The position numbers were made by a program, and so were the translations under genes. A stretch of 63,926 nt of DNA, the filler included, from Octopus bimaculoides (lineage: Eukaryota): the NCBI RefSeq assembly GCF_001194135.2. It is 8 parts of 6 records of this genome, joined end to end, with 100 filler letters (N's around TTAATTAATTAA, not from the genome) between each part and the next. Parts side by side here need not be neighbours in the genome. Positions count along the whole stretch, not along the records: positions 47,299 to 59,163 come from NC_068988.1; positions 59,264 to 62,813 come from NC_068983.1; positions 62,914 to 63,926 come from NC_068982.1; 5 more parts are not named here. One strand, 5' to 3'. Shown here piece by piece: positions 56,590 through 63,926 of this stretch (position 1 is its first letter; every line of letters begins with the position of its first letter). The notes beneath the pieces were generated by a model. It had not been told where the DNA came from. It made no database searches and saw only the letters and a program-made list of their open reading frames with translations.

Positions 56590-58664
56590 CATGCATGTAT
56601 ATGTATGTATATTGGTATTTAATAGGAATATTATTGACAGTGATTTCGGAGTTACGGTCAGCTAAGCCATCGTCGGACAATCGCTTAATGTAACATGGTT
56701 TTATATAACTGAACATAAAGACAAACATGAATGCGTATATGTTTGTGAGTGTATGTATGTATGAATATGTATATATGTATCCATATATGTATGTATATGT
56801 GTCTGTGTGTGTTTTACTTTATTTTCAAGTACATCAGCATAAAAGTATGAATTGCAAAGTTTGGTCTATGATTATTCACATCTAAGGCAAACAAGCATTA
56901 TACTCAGAACCACAGATTTGTTTGAATGGTACATTCTGCCGAATGCGCAATTCAACGGATTGAAAAATGAATAATCTCTCAAATGTAAATCATTATTGAT
57001 TACTTTTCAAGTGAATACATGATTGATGAAATCATACTTCAGAAATGAAATCTTTGTTGTATTTTCTGAGAAAGAACGCATGTTTATGTGAAAGAGTTGA
57101 AATTTACTTAGGATTGGATTACGATGACAAATAATAGGAAGTTTTTCTGTAAGACAGAGGTTGCAGTATCTGGGCTATAGGCTTATTTCTAAATATTGAG
57201 ACTTTATCTTATATTGGATACGTTGTTGTTATGTTGTTGGTGGTCTCTCTGAAGCTATAGAATGTTTTCAGGGAAATAATAAAAAAAATAAGGACAGAAA
57301 AAGAAATAAGATGGATTTTATTCACTGCAAAAATTTATTTAAGCATCTAAAATAAGAAAAGAATTAAACGTGGATTCGGATTCTGAAGAAGGAAATTTTA
57401 TTTTTTGGGAAGCTGAAACTAAAAATTGGAATTTTGATAAATTGAAACAAAGCATTCAGAACTGAAAAAAAAAATGATAATAATAAAATAAATTTTTAAA
57501 ATACGCGTAAGTAAGGAAGAGAAAGTTACTGCAATTCCTTGCATTAAAATATTGTCTTTTAGCTGATTCTTTTTGTATCAAAGCTACAAATATTCTTTTA
57601 TGAGAATCTTAGGAGAAAAAACAATTGCAAGTTTGATAAACTAGAATAGAGTTGAAAAAAAAATTACGTGAAAATNNNNNNNNNNNNNNNNNNNNNNNNN
57701 NNNNNNNNNNNNNNNNNNNNNNNNNNNNNNNNNNNNNNNNNNNNNNNNNNNNNNNNNNNNNNNNNNNNNNNNNNNNNNNNNNNNNNNNNNNNNNNNNNNN
57801 NNNNNNNNNNNNNNNNNNNNNNNNNNNNNNNNNNNNNNNNNNNNNNNNNNNNNNNNNNNNNNNNNNNNNNNNNNNNNNNNNNNNNNNNNNNNNNNNNNNN
57901 NNNNNNNNNNNNNNNNNNNNNNNNNNNNNNNNNNNNNNNNNNNNNNNNNNNNNNNNNNNNNNNNNNNNNNNNNNNNNNNNNNNNNNNNNNNNNNNNNNNN
58001 NNNNNNNNNNNNNNNNNNNNNNNNNNNNNNNNNNNNNNNNNNNNNNNNNNNNNNNNNNNNNNNNNNNNNNNNNNNNNNNNNNNNNNNNNNNNNNNNNNNN
58101 NNNNNNNNNNNNNNNNNNNNNNNNNNNNNNNNNNNNNNNNNNNNNNNNNNNNNNNNNNNNNNNNNNNNNNNNNNNNNNNNNNNNNNNNNNNNNNNNNNNN
58201 NNNNNNNNNNNNNNNNNNNNNNNNNNNNNNNNNNNNNNNNNNNNNNNNNNNNNNNNNNNNNNNNNNNNNNNNNNNNNNNNNNNNNNNNNNNNNNNNNNNN
58301 NNNNNNNNNNNNNNNNNNNNNNNNNNNNNNNNNNNNNNNNNNNNNNNNNNNNNNNNNNNNNNNNNNNNNNNNNNNNNNNNNNNNNNNNNNNNNNNNNNNN
58401 NNNNNNNNNNNNNNNNNNNNNNNNNNNNNNNNNNNNNNNNNNNNNNNNNNNNNNNNNNNNNNNNNNNNNNNNNNNNNNNNNNNNNNNNNNNNNNTATATA
58501 TATATATATATTATGCGTGTTTGTATGTATGCATGTATATGTTCCTCTCATGTCGCTTTTATAAGTGAGTAAAGGTGACGCTTTCAGCGCATCAAATCGA
58601 ATTACATAGAAAGAAAACCAGTGCTAACATCATATCCGAAAGGCTTTCCCGATAAAAAAAAAGA

Positions 58665-58825
<161 letters not shown>

Positions 58826-59307
58826 CAACGACAGCAGCCACGACGAATGTTCAAAATTAGAAAATAATATGAATAACTAAATAAATAAATAAACTAAAAA
58901 TAAAACAGTATTCGCTGACAAAAACAAAAACAACAACAAAACTTATAAATTTATCCTCTGAAAAATCTGGCGTTTATCTTTTTTTTTTTTACTGGAGTTC
59001 TCACCATCGTCGTCATCATCATCGTCGTCATCATCATCATCATCATCATGATCCTCCTCCTCATCATCATCAATATCATCATCATCATTGTCGTCGTCGT
59101 CATCATTATCATCATCACCATTATCATTCTCGTCGTCATCATCATCCTTGTTTTCTTCTCCTTNNNNNNNNNNNNNNNNNNNNNNNNNNNNNNNNNNNNN
59201 NNNNNNNTTAATTAATTAANNNNNNNNNNNNNNNNNNNNNNNNNNNNNNNNNNNNNNNNNNNNCGTTATCTCGTCCCAAGATAGATGGATGGATGGATAG
59301 ATAGATG

Positions 59308-59365
<58 letters not shown>

Positions 59366-59569
59366 AATGAAGAACTAAAAGAAGAAAAGCTAACCTAAAA
59401 GTGCATATAGTTAACAGTAGTTGTATGGTGAGATCAATACATGTGTGTTTCGAATTGTGATTTTTATCAAGATTTATTTAAGCACCTCACAAAATTCATG
59501 CCAGGTACTAGTAAATTCACAATGCTTCCTTTGAGTGAAAATAGTTTCAAAGATTTCTGAATATGTGAG

Positions 59570-59960
59570 TAAATGTGTGCATTTGTGAAATTTGTACGAC
59601 TTCTCCAATCGCAATTTCTGGCCTCCTAAATTCCGCAATCGTAATCCCATTGATTATTCTGTACGGGACACGGTTTAAAAAGACACTCATTTCTCTGACT
59701 GCAACATCAAGACCGAACTGGTGGCCAAGGTTAAGGAAGTGTTTGGAGATCTTCCCAAGGACACAGGAGCGCATACATTCGCTTCTGGAGTCGCTTTGAG
59801 GTCATGATGGAAGCTGAGAGCGACTACTGTCAGTAAACTGTTATGTCCTAGTAATAATCAAGTTGATATATTTTTGATTATTTCAAATACTTTAACATTT
59901 GGATAGGATATTGTTTATTCTTTTCCTTTTATGCAAACTCTCACGTGTACCTGAACACTG
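59570..59960 (+). mobile_element. maT-like mariner 3' remnant, same family as 23222-23900
   Basis: NFWPPKFRNRNPIDY...KTELVAKVKEVFGDLPKDT...RFEVMMEAESDY; nucleotide similarity to the reverse complement of 23222-23440. Confidence 0.8.
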
Positions 59961-60227
59961 TAATTGTTTTCGTTGTGCATAAAAATTGGAAGATGCATTC
60001 TTTTAATTATATATATGTGTGTATTTACATAGCTGTGTATGATTGTGTGTGTGTGAGAGAGAGAGAAACAACAAGAATGTGTGTGTGTGTGTGTGTGCGT
60101 GTGTGTGCGTGTGTGTGTGTGCGTGTGTGTGTGCGTGTGTGTGTGCGTGTGTGTGTGCGTGTGTGTGCGTATGTGTGTGTGTGCGTGTGTGTGCGNNNNN
60201 NNNNNNNNNNNNNNNNNNNNNNNNNNN

Positions 60228-60265
<38 letters not shown>

Positions 60266-60489
60266 GTGTTACATTCCCTGATTGGAGGGAATGTAAGATA
60301 GGTGTGATTGCTGAGCTTGTGTGTCTCGGTAATATGTATTCCACTATTCGTGTTTTATACCACGTTAACCTTAAAATAATCTGGAATCTAACTTTATTGA
60401 GTGTGATAACTATAATCTTATTACTTTTTCTTTTTTGTGTGAATTCTAAATCTATAAGTTAAGTCTCATTTTGTTTCTATTTCTTTCGA

Positions 60490-60930
60490 CATCATTAATA
60501 GTAGAGGCAAGTTTAACCTCATTCATCCGAAACCCAGTTTCTGAATATTTGATATATAGGTTAAATGCAGGAGACTAAATGCAGAGGGAAACTCTGCAGT
60601 ACTTCTCGCAAGATCACATTTAATTTACATGAGTTTGGGTGGTTGCTGTAGTAAACGTATTTGATATAAGGATTGTATCAGTTGTGTGTATTAATGTAAA
60701 TTTGAGAGAATTTTGTTCTCATCTAATGGAATAGCAATATCTTGGGGCTTAATTCAAATTTATAGAGGCAAGTTAAATTGTTGTTACTGACCTTTATTCT
60801 GGTTCATAGAACAGGACTTAATTGAAATTTTAAGAGCGAGCTTAGATTTTTCGGATTCATCATTGTTATGCTTCGAATGATAAATTCCTATACTCCTCAG
60901 GTTAATTATTATTGTGTATGGGTGGAAATT
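60490..60930 (-). mobile_element. Penelope-like RT remnant on the minus strand
   Basis: Minus-strand NPYIKYVYYSNHP resembles the Penelope Y(I/V)xxxSNHP motif; strand composition is inverted relative to the neighbouring copy. Confidence 0.45.
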
Positions 60931-60959
60931 TAGAATGGTTCTTCACCATTGAATGAACA

Positions 60960-62680
60960 AAGAAGAGATATAGGATGGAACACAAAATGAAACCTATCGA
61001 TGTACACTTCTACGTGCATAACACACCGATACCTTTCATTACGAAAATGATATCAATAACGGCAGCTATATCATTCTGAACTTTGAATTTAAAACAAGAA
61101 TGTGCCTATCGTCCAAAATCCTTCTTCTCTCTTTCGAGAAAGATCTCTCAAAAGACATCAGATTCCAAAATAATACCAAACCTTTACAAAGAGAACTGAA
61201 GGACAAAATAAAAATATTAGAAAGGAACAAAAGCATATATCTACAATCGCATAAAACTAAAACTCTCTAGGAACTGAAGAAAGTTTTCCTAACTACCACT
61301 CTTTCCATGCAATAAATTACTCGAATGTCACCAAAATCCACTAACTACAAATATAAAGATAAACTACTGAATGGACGCTACGGTACCGAAAATTCCACAT
61401 TTAACCCTAAAAGACTACAATTAAAATTCATACGTAACCCATCAATTTTAGTGAATCTACACATGCAAGACATTACAGGCCACATTAAAAAGGTTTGGGA
61501 CACCATCATACAGCAAAATTGAAAACAAAATTCGATGTAACTATTTATTATCCAAATCTATCCAGAAAGAAGTGATAAACCACGTCGGAAATACTATATA
61601 TATCAAAGGCTCAGGATTTTGAATAATATTCCAAGCAAAGAAAAAACTTATCTACTACATACTAATGCTAACCGGAGGAAAAAAATTATAAACCTTTCAA
61701 TGTCACTATAGTGTTCAATGCTTCCACAAAACCTAGTTAAATAATCAGTCTTTCCATTCTGAACCCTAGCTAACGAAAAATTCCCTGACGAGACAATTGG
61801 GCTACACAGATATGAGGAACATTTGCGCCGAAACACCAACCCACAGTCCACATAAATTATAGGATCCCCAATAATTGTATACACAAATTTCTAAACCATC
61901 CATGCAACAATTGGCCTAAAGAATCCACATGAAAACAAAAACTTAAAAACGTCGATATATGGTCCAATTCTTAAAGGACTTATGGTAAAAGGAAACTAGT
62001 AATAAAATCTCAGGGAAATTATCAACGAAGATATATACAATGGTGCAGCGCACATCGACAACAATGATCTTGTCAGATTCAGTTTTAAAAGAGAAGTATA
62101 ATATACACCGGACAAACCACAAAGTCAAATCAACAAAATACATCGAAAAGGAAAACCACTTTAAAATCGAATTAGGTTACAAAATTGTTGTTCAGCCGCA
62201 TATGTAAACATCTTGCGCTCACACAAATAGATACCATAAACGTCTTAATATTAAAGCACTAAGAACATCCAGTAGATATTAACTGGTATAAGTAAATATA
62301 AACTCTCCGCACGCAATTCTTTTAACTCTTAATACATATCACAAAAATGGAAAGTGTCTGCAGAAACCCCCAGGTCTAATTCAACACCATCACATATGTA
62401 ATATATAGATTTAAAAACCAAGATATACATACACGCTCATTTCATAACTCTAATTGAAGAAAGAGACCATGCTGTCACAAAACACTTGCTCACTTATAAC
62501 ATACTACATACAGTGGAAAATATTCACTTTCTCTAAATCTTATTCTTACACCCCAAAACGTTGTAGATTATAAACAAGTGAAGCTCTTGGAAATTTATTC
62601 CGACCTCTATTCTCATTTCAGAAAGGACTCAGATATACCAACACAAACACTTCCTAGTATAGAAATGGAAAGGAACAAGC
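60960..62680 (+). mobile_element. near full-length but heavily decayed Penelope-like element
   Basis: Ordered remnants: SIYLQSHKTKTL (cf. ADKT), ETIGLHRYE (cf. GLYRDD), KNLKT, and SYSYTPKRCRL (cf. GIY-YIG tail KRCxLC). Confidence 0.6.
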
Positions 62681-62771
62681 GATACAGCGAAATATGTCTG
62701 TATATATCGTATTTGTGTGGTAGCACGTATTCCCCATGTGCGTAACTAACTGTAAATAAATTTGAATGTGT

Positions 62772-62813
<42 letters not shown>

Positions 62814-63926
62814 NNNNNNNNNNNNNNNNNNNNNNNNNNNNNNNNNNNNNNNNNNNNTTAATTAATTAANNNNNNNNNNNNNNNNNNNNNNNNNNNNNNN
62901 NNNNNNNNNNNNNATATATATATACATATAATATATATATATGAGTATATGCATATATACGTACATGTATGTACATACCTACATCTACATGTGTATATTG
63001 ATGCATATCTGGGTACAGGACGTTGCAAAAAAACCTGGACAAAATGATAAACAGAGTACGGAAAACACACAGGCCACAAAGAGAACATTTCCTTCATCAG
63101 CTGCCACCATTCTAAAACTAAGCGTTTCACGGTTGTATGTATGTATGTATGTATGTGTGTGTGTATGTATGTATCTAGTAAATATAAGGATAAGCAACTT
63201 GAGAAAGATTAATAGGGGAGTGGTATTTATTGAGGTAGTAAGTTGCTAGGCTAACCTTGTCTTAGCTAAATTTTGTAAATTTGAGTATTATTAGTTATAA
63301 TTATAGGACAACATAGATTTAATAAAATGCACGAATTATGAGTGGTACTTGTGTTTACAAAACCACTCTGAGAATCTATTTAGTAATGAGGGGTTGTAAA
63401 ATCGAAGAATGGTTAACGATTCTCTTAAACATTAATTTACACATACCGATGTTTGCATTGTTTGGAGGAGCTTCACTTACTAAGGAACAAGATAGGCTAT
63501 GTGGAATATTTTGAGATTTAAGATTGTGGAATATTTTGAGATTTAAGGTTGCTAAGGAGTCCTTTAACACCTCAAATGTAAGATCTCTTCCCTGAAGGCG
63601 GTAGCTCATCTCATTTTATGATAGAATCTATCTACGAACATTATTTTGGACCACCGAGCCCTCAGAAACAGCTGTTGAATTTGTAATACTTTTCTTCAAT
63701 CCCTTTGATTTTCTATATCATTTGTATTCTGTGCAAGTCTAACCTTTTTGAATGTAAACATATATACACTTTTTGTATTTTATGTATTTAATATACTTTA
63801 CATTGATCTAACTTTGCTTATCCCTACATTTACTTCTATACCGCTCAAGTTTAAATCTCTTGAGCACTACAAAGTGTATTCTGTACGGAGAATATCTGAT
63901 TCTCATTTATGAACTACATATATATA

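Noticed and set aside
57000-57600. Possible L1-type 3' zinc-finger remnant (also 63250-63700)
   Set aside because: Too decayed to assign by eye.

Overview
Eukaryotic, gap-rich draft genomic DNA that is very rich in microsatellites and retroposons. The SINE families, (CA/TA/GATA/AAT)n load and transposon mix point to an octopus or other coleoid cephalopod; this is inference, not verified. No intact host protein-coding gene could be supported, so the window reads as intergenic or deep intronic DNA built from decayed mobile elements. These include two L1/Tx1-like LINEs, several R4/Dong-like LINE remnants beside (TAA)n tracts, Penelope-like elements, Tc1/mariner (including a DD37D maT type), pogo/Tigger, Merlin, a Helitron with a recognisable 3' terminus, and many tRNA-derived SINEs of at least three families. 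The most unusual object is a nearly full-length 5S rRNA copy fused, without a Pol III terminator, to a tRNA-derived SINE; the pair is inserted into the P-loop of the Helitron PIF1 helicase (43522-44022). Almost all ORFs in the supplied track are microsatellite or N-gap artefacts. All family assignments come from motif recognition by eye, with no database search, and most boundaries are approximate.
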